The position numbers and the translations under genes were made by a program. From Toensbergia leucococca (taxonomy: Eukaryota): DNA of 64,000 nucleotides. Location: positions 1-64,000 of the forward strand of contig JALDZS010000009.1 in the NCBI GenBank assembly GCA_022813965.1, read 5' to 3'. Within the stretch, counting starts at the first letter, position 1, and each line of letters opens with the position of its first letter. This document shows positions 12,665-24,991 of the stretch, piece by piece. The notes under the pieces are model-generated. The model was not told where the DNA came from and did not search any database. It saw only the letters and a list, made by a program, of their open reading frames with translations.

Positions 12665-13353
12665 AATAGACAGCAAAGGCGAAGCCTGCCAGCAAATCCT
12701 TTATTCTCGGCGTGGTCGGCATGGAAAGACTAGTGCAGCTCTTTCTATGGCACGTTTGATTACGATAGATACCCAATGCAGCGGGAGTGGAAAGTGAGAG
12801 GTTCGGATGACTCGACGACTTCAGGAGCCCTCCAATTAGGTTGTGGACATTAGCGACAGATTCTTGTTTGTAACCAAAAAGTTTGATACTGTTAGGGACA
12901 CAATTCAATAGGAATAGCAGTTCAAGCAGTGACTTCTCATCTTGGGATCGAGTAGTATCTACACTCGAGAAGGATTGGGTTCCATGCAAATTTCCTCCGC
13001 ACTGGTTTGTACATTTTCCATGGCCCTATCATTCCATGACTACATCAAAGTCGAGAGTGGCCTTCTAGAGGCTCTCAAGGCACACAGCAAGGGAAATCCT
13101 GCACGCCTACGTGCCCTCCCTCTCACGATGGCGATGGCCTTTCTTGCTTGTGTTGGCGTGGCTGGCACTTATAGCCCAGTGACCCAGACTGGTCCCTCAA
13201 GACCACCACTGCCGACAATCGTTCGAACTGGTACACGATCCCTCTGATCGGACTGCCCTATTATCTCTTCCGCAAATCTAAATGACAAGGTTCTCGGAAG
13301 ATGGGCTGCCAAAATTATGTAGCTGAGGCAGAGTGGACATTAAATCTCACTGC

Positions 13354-14640
13354 TCAGGATTGCTTCGTTCTCCTGCTCTTCCCTAACCGTTGCGCAACTC
13401 TCTTCTGCCCCTTCATCTTTTTCGACGAGAAACCTCGCAGGTCCGCACTGGAAGCGGCGTCGCCGCTCTTGGCGAACCGTTTCTTCCCTCCGAACCCAAA
13501 TTTCTCGTTCTTCTTCTGCCTCTTGTTCTCTTTCTGACCAGCGGCGCCATACTTGGCTGATCTTGCTGACTTGTCGACTTTGCCGGCATCCTCCAAAGCG
13601 ACATCGAAGAGGTCTTCTTCTTGCGCATTGCCGGGATCGCCGTCTTTTCGCTCTGCAGATCATAGACATTAGCATTGCTATAAACCTGTCAGAGAAGAGC
13701 GAATAATTTACTCCTCTTCAAAAGATTGATCTTATCCAGAGTATCCCTCTTCGCCTTGTCTCTCTCCTGTAGTTTCGCAACTTGCACCTGCTTCCCGAAT
13801 TTTTTTAGATCCCTCTGCTTCCGCGCCTCAGCCGCTGCCTTCTTGTTGGCCGCCTCGTCGGTCATCTTCTCCTTGATCTTGCCCATGTGCTCGTCGCTCT
13901 TGACCATCTCTGCAAAGTAGTCAGTTGGCCTCGAAAAGGGGACGCCTTCTTTCTTCAGTAGGATACGAGCCTCTCTGACGGCGTCAAGTGACTGCTTGTA
14001 GAAGGCTAGTTCCCGATTCAAGTCGTCATTGATGTCGGGAATGGTGGACGGTTCGCCAGAGGTGATGGTCTGTTGCTCGGAGAAAGGCAGATTTGACAGC
14101 ATGGGTGCTATTGACTTTTGGGCTTGCAGAAGGGCGGATGTGTTGTTGATTGTTAGACGCTGGTGGGGCACAACATCGGACTTCTCTTCTTCTGAAAGGT
14201 CCTCGATATCTGATAACGGTATTGCGTCCTCATCATCTGTTTGCACTTCTTCACTCACAGCTCCCACCATATCGTCCGCCCTCTCAGCATCTGAATTGCT
14301 CTCATCATCACTATCAGTTTCGTCAATATGTGACATGTCAATCTTTGTAAATGCCGTTAGTACTTTGCACGGGAGCAAGTGCTCAGATGGTGAATAGTCA
14401 ACATACAGCTGTAGATATTTCCTCACTCTCTTCACTCTCCCATTCATCGCTCACAGCCTCAGGCTGCATCTTCGTGACAATATTCTGGCCTTCGCCACTC
14501 CCATCTTCCAAACTTGCAGTTGACACGTTTGACCTCTTCTTCTTCGCAGCTTTCTTCTGCAACTTCTTTTGCCTCTCAAGCTGATGATCTCTTCCTTGGT
14601 GAGCATCAAGTGCCGATAGAAGCTTGCTCTTCTTGGCCAT
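13354..14640 (-). CDS. EBP2: rRNA-processing protein Ebp2 (3 exons)
   Basis: DDLNRELAFYKQ, PFSRPTDYFAEMVKSDEHM, KKFGKQVQ, KFGFGGKKR. Confidence 0.95.
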
Positions 14641-14889
14641 CCTGAGGTTGGTTCGCAAGCATTTATTGTTTGGAATTACTCAAAGACGGCTGTCTGCACA
14701 ATCGAAACTTTCGGACCTCGAAACGCACGGACCACCAAAATGCCCTCGGAACAGATTCACCGAAAGCCGATCGCCCCCAGGCACGCCTCAGGTACTATCC
14801 CTCGCGTCACCAGCAGTCAGCGTCTTAGTGTAAACACGAAGAAAGCGTTGACTCCAAGTCCCCTTTCTGTCGTGTCACTGTCGACGAAG

Positions 14890-15237
14890 ATGTCCTCTCC
14901 TGCTCGAGATAGAGTATCAGCAGATGGTCATCTGCAGACAGGCACGGTAAATACTCCCTGCTTTGCTACAGCTACGCTGGACTAACCCACGAGTCTCTGC
15001 AGAACGTTGATGATGCGCCTGCCGAACTCACCGCTGTAGTGGATGAGCTCTTGAATGGTCTGTCTACCAAGTTCTCTGCTGTTTCGGCTGAGATTTTTGG
15101 CAAAAGTATGCCACAAAGTCTATGATTCTACATCGTATATTTGCTAAGATTATCTTCAAGTGGATGAGATGTCCCGTCGACTGGACACTTTAGAGGCATC
15201 TATCCAAGCGGGAAGTCATACCGAGCAAGGGAGCTGA
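14890..15237 (+). CDS. HSBP1: Heat-shock factor binding protein 1 family (3 exons: 14890-14946, 15003-15105, 15161-15237)
   Basis: Spliced product contains ELTAVVDELLNGLSTKFSAVSAEIFGKMDEMSRRLDTLEASI. Confidence 0.85.
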
Positions 15238-15409
15238 GATGAACATGATTGATAGTAGCTAGAGGAGTTCTCTGGCCTTCTGACCAGCCTGCTGATACCA
15301 GATCCAGCTTCTTATACCCATTTCAGTAGCAGGAACTTTGACGTGGCCTTTTGGGACTCGGGAGGAATAGTCCCCTTTGACCTCGGATATTATAGCAAGC
15401 ATAGATAAA

Positions 15410-16554
15410 TTACAGTTCACCCTTGATCTCCGTCTTACCTGAAAACTTTCGCAAGATATTGTTGCGTGACGTTAGATCATCAAGCTTTTCTGGAGCAAGT
15501 CCACCCTTTTTAAGCAAGCCCTCCAACCTTGCCGTTTCCTTCTCCACGTAGCCCTGGCTTTGGCCAAGTTTGCCAAGAACCTTCACATAGTATTGTGCAT
15601 ACTTGTCTTGCAAGCCCTTGGCAGCTCTGATAGCCTCCTCTGACACCGTAGCCAGACTGCCGCCAGCAGAGAGCTTAGCAACAATTGTGTCTAATGATTC
15701 GACAGTCCCAGCTTTCATATCCAAGGCGCCGCCCACTATACGATGAGTGCCAGCATTCTCATTGAGAAAATCAATAAAATCCTTTTCGGTACGTCCACCC
15801 TCGTATGCCTGAGGAGTGGATGAGCCTTTGGGAAAGTACTTGATTGTAGGATAAGACTTGACTCCTTGGGATTCGGCGGTCGATTTCGAGTTTTCAGCTT
15901 CAGCGTCGATTTTGGCGATGAGAACAGTCGGCTCAGCAGAGAAGTCATGGGCCAGTGTTTCCCAGATTGGTGCAAGGCTTTTGCAGTCTGTCACGCATTT
16001 AGTACACTATCGGTCAAGACTTACAGAGCAAACCTACGTCCACACCACGGTGCAGTGAAGGCAACTAAAACGTCTTTGTCACCCCCGATTTCTTTCTGGA
16101 ACGTCTGGTCATTGAGCATTTCAACAGCACTCGAGACTGCCTTCTTTCCCTTGGGCTTAATTCCGGTCTTTTCTGTAATCCATTTCGAAAGACTGTCAAG
16201 ATCTCTGCCTCCGGTGTAATCTGTTGGTGTGTCGCTCTTTCCGTCAAACCATTTAAGAGTCGGAAAGCCCTGCACACCAAACTTTCGACCTAGATCTTTG
16301 TGCTCGTCGGCGTCTACCTTTCCAATCGACACCTTATTCTCTGCGAATGCGAAGTTTTGAGCCAATTCCTCGTAAATAGGAGCGAGGGTCTTGCAGTGGC
16401 CGCACCAAGGTGCAAAGAACTCGACTAGAGCCGGCTTGCCTGCTTTTAGGACAACACTGTCAAAATTGGAGGGAATTAGATCGAGAACGGATGAGGCAGC
16501 ATTGGCGCCGAATACAGCGAGAGCGGAGAAGATCAGAAAGTTGAAACGAGCCAT
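15410..16554 (-). CDS. tigA: Protein disulfide isomerase, ERp38/TigA type (2 exons)
   Basis: Signal peptide, two WCGHC thioredoxin domains (second split by an intron), helical C-terminal domain, ends KGEL. Confidence 0.92.
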
Positions 16555-17173
16555 GGTGGAAGGCAAAGACTCTTATTTAGGGACGGATATTGTAGAGATT
16601 TTATGGTGTTTGAACGTGTCTAAAGAGAAGACGTTCTGAAAAATGCCAAGCACAAGACCATGTCCGAAGTAGAGAATGATTATGTGTCCTGATTATCTGT
16701 ACTCCGTAATCAAGTCATAAAAGATACGTGGCTGAGAAATCAAATACATTTTGCCTCCCAAATTGGTGAATTAAACGTGCCACCCTCGCGCCGAGCTAAA
16801 CAAGGTTAGAATTAAATAGAATTAAAACACTAAACATATTTTCTATTCGCAACCACGATCCATTATGAATAGTACAATCACACTAATTGCCTGCAAACCT
16901 TTCCTCGCCATCCAATACGCTGATCCAATACACTGTGCAATACTCGCGACAGCGATGGGATGCCAGCTTTTCTTTGGCTCCACGAGCCAGACTGATAAGC
17001 TGGAGGGTGAGATTTACATCCACGAATACCTCATGACCTCAGGAGATTGTCTTCTGGGCCATCTGTGTTTAGACTAGCTACTGTCTTCTTCGTAGAATAC
17101 TCCAAACCTGATGCAAGCTACTGTCCATTCCCGTACCACTAGTCGTAATTTCTAGAGATGAGAAGACGAACCT

Positions 17174-19396
17174 TCATTTGACTGTACTATTTATATTTAC
17201 ATCTTTGCCGGCGTCTGGATTTAGAGGTTTCAAAGGGTCGTATCCCAAAGACTTGACTATACCCAACCCTTTTGTCCGACCTTCGCGAAACAAGATCCTA
17301 TCACCTGCTGCAAGGTATTCCGGTCTCTGCACGAATCGGAAAGCTACATTAGCTCGGTCGCCAGTCCGGATGAAAGCTCGGTCAATGTCGATGATAGCAC
17401 ATGTCTGAGATACAGGGCCGACGTGTAGCATAGCCTGATATTTGGTCTTGATCGTGGTAGCGTGGCTGAGGATCAAGACTGCTCTCTTGTCAGTCCGGCC
17501 AAGAACAACTCACCATAAAACAATGCATACCCTCGGCAACAAACTCTCGATAGACCTTTGGTAGTGTATCGAGTTTTGGGAGGACTACCATTCCTTTTCG
17601 TACCTCTTTCCGTCGTACACGTTTCAGCGCAAAAGACGCACTCTGTCCGGCGGAGCAGACCGGCACTGGTATACGTTTTCGTTCAATTGACCTGATGTGC
17701 GTCGTGGTGAACTGCCCAAGAGAGTCTGGTCCAATCAGGACGGCATCCCCGGCATGAATGACCCCTGGTGGTAATCAGTGATCTTGTCCGAGATGCTAGA
17801 ATAACCTTTAGATCTACCGCTTTTGACTACGCCAGATACCACAGTTCCTACAAATGGTACAGAGAAGGTGTCGTTGACGTGGAACTCAAAGGGCGCTTCA
17901 GCGTCGTAATGGCCATGGTGTGGCAGAATGTTGAGAAACGTTCGCACTAGGTCAAGGCTTTCGCCCGTGACGTTGGACACTTGGAAAACAGGGCATATTC
18001 GCTGGCTCACAAATTGGGTGGCAGTCTCAATGGTCATCTCATGATTCTTGATGAAGATCGGGATTTTTCTGGCACCTGGCGATTTGAGAATTCGAGTCAA
18101 CTGAGTGATGGTCTGCTGCAGGATCTGAGGTGGACAAATATCAATCTTGGTGATAACCACCATGACCGGCACGTTGAGTGCAAGGGCAATGCCCAGATGC
18201 TCTCTAGTATATCACATCAGCGCTTGGTGACCATGTACATCAAAAGATCGAGTATCCCTTACTTGCTCATCCCAATAAGACCATTATTCGCGGCTACCAT
18301 AAGTAGGCAGTAATTGGGACTGCTACTCAGTAAGCCAAAAACCGTTGTGCGTAGATACCTTTCGTGGCCTGCTAAGTCCGTGAAGCTGATTACCTTCGCC
18401 TTTTCAAATCAGTAAGGTGTCGATCCAAAGTGTATATGGGTCCCACCGAACGCTTCCCGATTTCCTCCCAAGACAGCTTTCTCCCAGGCACGTTAGAGGC
18501 AATCACATCTCCGTGAGTGTCAAACCCCATGATTTCCATACCCACAGAACTAGTTCGTCCGCTTTCCACTTCATGTTTGTGTCGGAAAAGGTTTACCCGA
18601 GCTTTGCCACGCCCATCGTCAAGCCCCCCCCTGACAAGTACACCAAGCATGGTACTCTTCCCAGCATCAACTTGAGAATATACAGTCAGCTGGTAGTTTC
18701 CCCATGGACTCTGCTGTATATTACCGTTGCCGACGACTGCTATCCGCGTCTCGATCACGTCTTCCACAGTCTCGGGGGTTTGCCGTATCATTATCTTTCC
18801 GGCAGCATAATTTTCTTTCTCATTGATAGCGTTGACTTCCTCGGGCCCACCAACATTGCGAGTCATTAGCACTCGGCAATCTGCCTTCAGCATTCCGCTG
18901 GCCCGCCGCGTCCTGTCCAGCGCCACGTCCCACTGCTCCTTGCTGAACGCCATAGATTCCCCGTTGTCTTCTTGACCCAAATCAAAAAGTGTCTCTCCAT
19001 GACCTTCAAGCATTCGACTTTGTAACAAATTGCTGAGTTGTTGGAGAGTAACTTCAGCATTGTCGCTCTCGTCGAGGAGTAGGTATTTTAGTCGGACGTG
19101 AGCCGAAGTTTCGGAGAGTTCAAGAGTGTCAAGGATTTCCAGCTCTGCATGATCTTCCGTGAAGGTACTCTGTGTTGAGTATCCGCTGTCACTTGGCGCA
19201 ATAGAGCTGGAGCGGCCAGGATAGGGGCGTTTCGATTGCTGCTTCTCAACGTAGTCGGCGAATTCGCTCAAAGCCTACAGTACAATACGACAGGTTAGAC
19301 TTTCAAAGAATTTTGAATGCCCATCTATATAATTTGATTCACCGATTCACCCTTCCGCCGCTCATGAGCAGTCTCCTTCTGTACTCCCGCGGTCAT
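17174..19396 (-). CDS. GTPBP1: GTP-binding protein 1/2 (translational GTPase), multi-exon
   Basis: RIAVVGNVDAGKST, LFRHKHEVESGRTSS, FTDLAGHERYLRTT, TKID, ILFREGRTKGLG. Confidence 0.92.
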
Positions 19397-19870
19397 ACTG
19401 AGTTGGGACTTTTAAGCTTCGTTGGTGCCTAATCGTAGTATCATCGGAAAAGTGCTGTTCAATTAAGGAATACAAAGCCAGATATGTTATACTTTCAAAG
19501 AGCATGGATTAATGAAGGATGGTGGGTTGAAGAATAGCTTTATCGATTGCAGGGAATATTTACCTAGTGATGCATGAAGAATGAGTCATCATTTCAAGAG
19601 GCAAAACGAGTTCTTCTTGTACCCACAACTCATGATAGAGCATTGATGACATGTATTTTGAGCTGTAGTAGGTATCACATTGATATTGAAATGAGGAGAT
19701 TGACTACTAAGTCCTTGTTGACTTGCTCGTCTCGGCCCTTTTCCGGACTGGTCTCCAGCTTCATCAAGCTATTACTCGCACTGAATGCCGACTTTCACCG
19801 GGCAGAGGTACCTACTCCTAAGCTGCTTTAGCCCTTCTTGGTGACTTAAGACCATGGTGTCGGCTTCTTG

Positions 19871-20327
19871 TCAAGTTGGAGCTTGTGGCGAAATGAGTAC
19901 GACTGAATCTCCTATAATCAGTCATAAGCCAATGGCTCATCACGCTGTCATACCCTATGATCCATGACTAACCTCGAACAAACAGCATCTCTGATTGCTT
20001 CTTGACCGTCTGCATGATCCTCAGTTTGGGCCGCTGGACGTACTGGAAGCATACTAACCTTTATGGTATCTTCTTCAGCTTCGTCATCATCTTCAACGAC
20101 GTAGATGGTCTCTTCGACATCGCCGAGGACGAGATTACAGTGGCTGTCGTATGCCTTTAATTTGTCAAGACGTACCCTCGTGAAGTGTATAGGAAACATA
20201 CGTGTAAGCGTCCCTTGAGCTCGCGGTCGCCTCGTAGCTTGACAAAAACGACTTCGTCCAATGACAGGCGCACTAAATCTAGAGGCTCAGACACCGGGGC
20301 TGAGTCTCCATCACCAGCATCTGCCAT
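19871..20327 (-). CDS. LSM3: U6 snRNA-associated Sm-like protein LSm3 (4 exons)
   Basis: [57 protein letters not shown]. Confidence 0.95.
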
Positions 20328-20550
20328 GACGGTATTTGATCTAGCCGTGGTCAATAAATCTCGAAAGCCATGTCTCACTCTCAAGTTCTGGAAGATTTGT
20401 ATGACTAGTTCTAGAATAGCGCGTATTATATTCTAGAACTACCTTAGTCAAACCTGGTCCGAGCTTCACGTCGTAAAAATAACATTCAACGTCCAACACC
20501 AGCCACCATTAATATTTTCTCTCCATGTATCCATACCCTCCCCACGATTG

Positions 20551-22506
20551 ATGCTCCTTCCGCTCCTTAGGCAAGGGGCATTCAGGTCTCGAAATGATAT
20601 TTTTGCTCGCCTCCTAAGCTTGAAAGCCAAATCATTTGCCATTCCTCGAGGTTCACCCGATGTGAAATGGGACGAAAAGCTCCCTGAGGATCCCTTCGTA
20701 CCATTACCATACAGGTCTGTCGATGCAACCTATTATAGCGCCAAATATGACCTGAATCTCACTGACTTGGAAGACAGCTCGGCATTTTCCAACGAGGGTA
20801 GACTCGCGAGTGTAGAGCAGCATGCCCGACAAGAAAGCGCAGGAGCCTGCACACCACTCCTTGCGACCTCTTCTCCACTCTCACGGAATTTTACCACTAC
20901 GCCACAAGAAACAGTATTAAGTGCACTGCAAGAAGAAGACCCGTACAGACTTCTGTATGCCTTCGTCCAGGCCTGCAAAGATCCAATGTACATTGGCTCC
21001 ATCCCACCGACAACTTTTATTGAAATACTCCGCTTTCTCGACCCTGAATACTTTGTTGAACCTTATAAAGATGTATATCGAGACCTCCTTGAATCTTCCA
21101 TCAGATGTCTGGATGACGGCACGCCTCAAGTACAGGATATCTTTGCGCAATATGTAGCGACTATGCTAGACATCTGTGAACGACGACGAGCCTGTGGGCG
21201 AAAGTTGGAAATTCAGGAGTATCGAATGATGTTGAATGCGGCTCGCTCCGTCGGAGATGGCAATACAGTAGTAGCGATATGGGACGATATGGCTACAAAT
21301 AATATTCAACCAGATACTATCTGCTACAATCACTATACTGAAGCCAGGTGCTGGAACAAAGCTTATCATCCGGATGAGCGAGAGAAGCTGAGGGTCATAC
21401 CATATTACTTAGTAAGGCGAGAGCAACAGAATAACTCTAGATGGGGTTATAAGGTTGGACTGCGAGGCTTAAAAAGCTTGGTGACAGAGACGTTTTCTAG
21501 AATGGTAGGACACGGTCTTATGGCCGATGCGAAGACCTATAGTCTTCTAATGACTGCTATGTCTAAAGAAGGGGACCTGGAAGGTGTGAAGTCAATATTA
21601 AAAGGAGTGTGGGATGTTGATGTCGAAGATATACTGGGACATGAAGATAGACCGATCAAGGCGGCCGAGCTTAGTCGTGACTCACCGTTGTATCCTACAA
21701 GCGACTTTCTTTTCATTCTTGCACACATTTTTGGCTCGAATAATGAGCTACCAGCAGCATTACGAATCGTTGATCATGTCTCTCGCAAATACTCTATACC
21801 AATCGATCTACGAGCCTGGTCCCAAATGTTCGAGTGGTCTTTTGTCCTAGCCAGTCGGCGCTCTAAGAACGATCCTGAAGCCTCAGGTTCTCGACTTGGC
21901 CAGCTGCCGAAAGACTCTGTCGAGCAAATTTGGAATATCATGGTGGCTGAGCCCTACAATGTTTGCCCTACAGTGCCGATGATCAATCGCTATGTCCACA
22001 ACCTTTGGAGGCGGGCAAAGTTAGTGGAGATGCTCCGCCAGATGCGCGTAGGTATTTCTCAACACAGAGAACAAAAGGAGCTCTATCATCAACAGCGTAA
22101 ACACTTATTGAATTTTGAGCAAGCTGCAGTGTCTCAATCTTCTATCGCTACTTTGACAGGGCGAGAACATGCAATACGGCATGACGTCGAACTGTTTCGT
22201 TTGCAAGAGTATCGCAATTTTATCATGGTCTCCAACTGGCTTCGACTGCTCTTGTGCGTTAGGGTTAAGAACATCGAGTGGGAACGCCGACAATTACCCA
22301 AAGCCATCCGCGAATTCTGGCATTATAGAATGAGACAAGGCATAAAATACCACACTTCCACTGGCACGATTCATCTCAACTCCGAAAGTTCTCAAATGGA
22401 AGTGTACAAGGGCCCAAGTGCTCAAGAACATGTGTATATTGCTCGGGATATCCCCTGCGATATCACTACTGGCGCAATACATTTCAACTCTGGGATTTTC
22501 AAATGA
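20551..22506 (+). CDS. AEP2: Mitochondrial PPR-like ATPase expression protein (Aep2/Atp13 family)
   Basis: 652-aa ORF with presequence-like N-terminus, PPR-like segments (PDTICYNHY, TYSLLMTAMSKEGD) and PLYPT..L..LAHIFGSNN...S..Y.IPI..W ATP13-type region. Confidence 0.75.
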   Translation: MLLPLLRQGAFRSRNDIFARLLSLKAKSFAIPRGSPDVKWDEKLPEDPFVPLPYRSVDATYYSAKYDLNLTDLEDSSAFSNEGRLASVEQHARQESAGACTPLLATSSPLSRNFTTTPQETVLSALQEEDPYRLLYAFVQACKDPMYIGSIPPTTFIEILRFLDPEYFVEPYKDVYRDLLESSIRCLDDGTPQVQDIFAQYVATMLDICERRRACGRKLEIQEYRMMLNAARSVGDGNTVVAIWDDMATNNIQPDTICYNHYTEARCWNKAYHPDEREKLRVIPYYLVRREQQNNSRWGYKVGLRGLKSLVTETFSRMVGHGLMADAKTYSLLMTAMSKEGDLEGVKSILKGVWDVDVEDILGHEDRPIKAAELSRDSPLYPTSDFLFILAHIFGSNNELPAALRIVDHVSRKYSIPIDLRAWSQMFEWSFVLASRRSKNDPEASGSRLGQLPKDSVEQIWNIMVAEPYNVCPTVPMINRYVHNLWRRAKLVEMLRQMRVGISQHREQKELYHQQRKHLLNFEQAAVSQSSIATLTGREHAIRHDVELFRLQEYRNFIMVSNWLRLLLCVRVKNIEWERRQLPKAIREFWHYRMRQGIKYHTSTGTIHLNSESSQMEVYKGPSAQEHVYIARDIPCDITTGAIHFNSGIFK

Positions 22507-22800
22507 TCGTGTGCAAGGTCTCCAGTGCTCGAGAACATGTATAAATTGTTCAGAGCGTGCCTTTTTTACACCCCCCATATGATACCACCACTGGTACAAT
22601 TCATCTTAGCGAGAGATTTGGCATAGCTGTATCCAGAACCCCAAGTCCTCAAGGACATGCACACATTGTTCGAAGCGTGCCCTTTTTTGCTCCGCAATTC
22701 CTCACAGCAAGAGACGACAGTATCACTGGTGCTGCTGGCAAGGCCGCAAGTGCTCGACAAGACGTAGACAGTGTTGAGCATGTCCCTTTTATTCAGCCTG
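22348..22800 (+). repeat. Three to four diverged tandem units of about 108-135 bp spanning the AEP2 stop codon
   Basis: Units start at about 22348, 22456, 22578 and 22713 and share ACTGG..C.AT.CAT...AGT.CTC.A..ACATG...TTG.TC. Confidence 0.8.
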
Positions 22801-24365
22801 CGTGTGTTCCTGAGACAAAACTTCATTCATCAATAGGCAGACGCAAACGCAAAGTTCTGGTCCGTTCCAATATTATGTGTCGAACCTCAAAGTACCTGGC
22901 GGAAAAAAACCCCAACTACGGGATAGATGGATTGCGTCCCTCGAGGCAGATTGTGAGCCATGTCTAGGCTCCTGATTGTTGCTTTCTTAGCAATAACCAA
23001 GGGCGAGTCTTACACCCGGTATCAGATCTCCTCTCATGTCTTTTCGTCTCTTCCGTCGACACCATGAGCGACGCGTCCCAGCTTAGGGGCAACCGGCCTT
23101 CGTTCAATTACTCCTCTGCGGGGACTTCAGCTATTACCCAATATGCACATACAGCGATCTCCGTCCATTTTAATGCCTTTCCTCCAGGTACAGCCTACTT
23201 CTTGGCTATCAATCTCACTCCCCACAGCATTCCTTGTGTGGCAGTAAGGAATTACGATTGATTGCGAGTGAAGGCGGGAGCAATTATTGTGAACTAATCG
23301 CCTACTAAGAAGCCATGGAGGAAAGAAGTATCTCTTGTAGCAATAGAGCGATGTGTAAAGAAAGACAACTATTCAGAAAGAGACACATCTAGCATTCGAT
23401 AGCGAGCCTCATGATAAGGAATTCTGGCAACAATAGGATGTCGGGCGTAAAAAAAGGAGGATGCCTTTGCGAGAACAAGCGTATTGTGACAGATGTCAGC
23501 CTTGCAAGCGTTCCTGCCAGGTATTGGCGCTTCAGCGTTCGAATCTGCAAGACTCAATCCACTATGCCTCGGTTATCTTTCCCCTAAGTCCATCTTGTAC
23601 CTTTACCAAAACAGTTCTTGAAGTTGACGTCTTACGAGATGCGCATAGGGGTAGATTATGTAAAGGGTGGGTAACCCTGCGTTCAACTGTCTCGAACATC
23701 TCCTCTTTCCACAGTCAATACAAAGCTATCCGACTTCAACTTAAGTGGATGATTGACATCAAAGCTAGTGCCGGACAGCCGGGTGCAATTACATTCAGAC
23801 AGTACCTTTCACAACCCATCTCCGAATTCCCAAAGAGTAGTTTCCCCCCCTTTTCCATCCTACTCTCAATCGCCATCACAACGCTCATGACCTCATCTAG
23901 TCGGACAAAAATGTCTGGCTAGTGGTCACAGAGAGGCATATAGAACCCTTGAAACACTGGCGGCTTTTTCGGATCAGTGCGCTTGAACGCTCTCTGTTAC
24001 TTGGAGTATTCCGTATGAGCAGCTCGCCGCATTACTTTTGAAACTTCACCTTCCATGATGGTTTAGGTATTGATGCATTTTGATCACTTACGCTTAAGCA
24101 GTCTCTGCTATTTGCGCTTCCACACGAAGTGGCGGATTACTTCTGAGACTTCTCGTGTCAGGTCTGGTGGTGTAAGTACAGCGAATAGCCCACTGTCTAA
24201 TAGTCCGTCAAGCAGGTTGGGCATTATATAATATCGTGGCTGTGTTGATGAGGGATCCGTTTTCTCATATCTTTGCCTCGTTCGAATTCAACGCAGTTTT
24301 GCAAAGTTTCCTGCTCACGGGGCGACGAACCATTTCGTGAAACACTCATTACAATCCCATACAGC

Positions 24366-24991
24366 ATGCGTGGCCTTTGTCTTTCTTTCACCCTGGTCTT
24401 GACTCAGTTTTCTACCCTCATCTTGACAATACCAGTGGCAAATGCGCCCAAATATAGTAGACAGGATTTTCCAGTATGCGCCAATGCTCGAACCCAAACA
24501 GCTGGAGAGTGAGTGGAATGACTTTGCTTGCTTGCTGGTAAGAAGCACTGACCGGCCGCTCTTACTTTAGGGAAATGGTACTTCCTAGTGATCTCGATGT
24601 GACCCGTCGAAGCCATACTTTACCCCGTCGAAGCAGCACCGTACTTTGGTGTGCAGGAGGCTCAATGACATATGTGAAGCTCACGCCTGGATCATTGATA
24701 GCCGGAAACGGCGTCGAAAACATCATCGACAATGCATACAACGAGATACTGCGCATAATAAAACCTCCGGCGAGCGATGGAGTGATTCCGGTCCCTATAA
24801 CATATTGGCCAACAAACGACACGTCTCGGTACCTGATAACCCAAAATGCAAACAAGCATCAATTGACCTATGGTGTTGTTGGGGCAGCGTTTACGGCCGT
24901 TTTGGACTACATGAGTCATTATGGGTATGGAGCGGCAACATTCACCATCGTTGATGGCCATAACCAAGTTGGTAATGGCACTGTTGGATGA
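24366..24991 (+). CDS. Small secreted protein of unknown function (2 exons, intron 24509-24570)
   Basis: Signal peptide MRGLCLSFTLVLTQFSTLILT; a GTGAGT...TTTAG intron joins it in frame to ORF 24575-24991. Confidence 0.75.

Noticed and set aside
22970..24300. ORFs 23064-23261 and 23461-23922 as genes
   Set aside because: No recognisable motifs, atypical composition, no coherent splice model.
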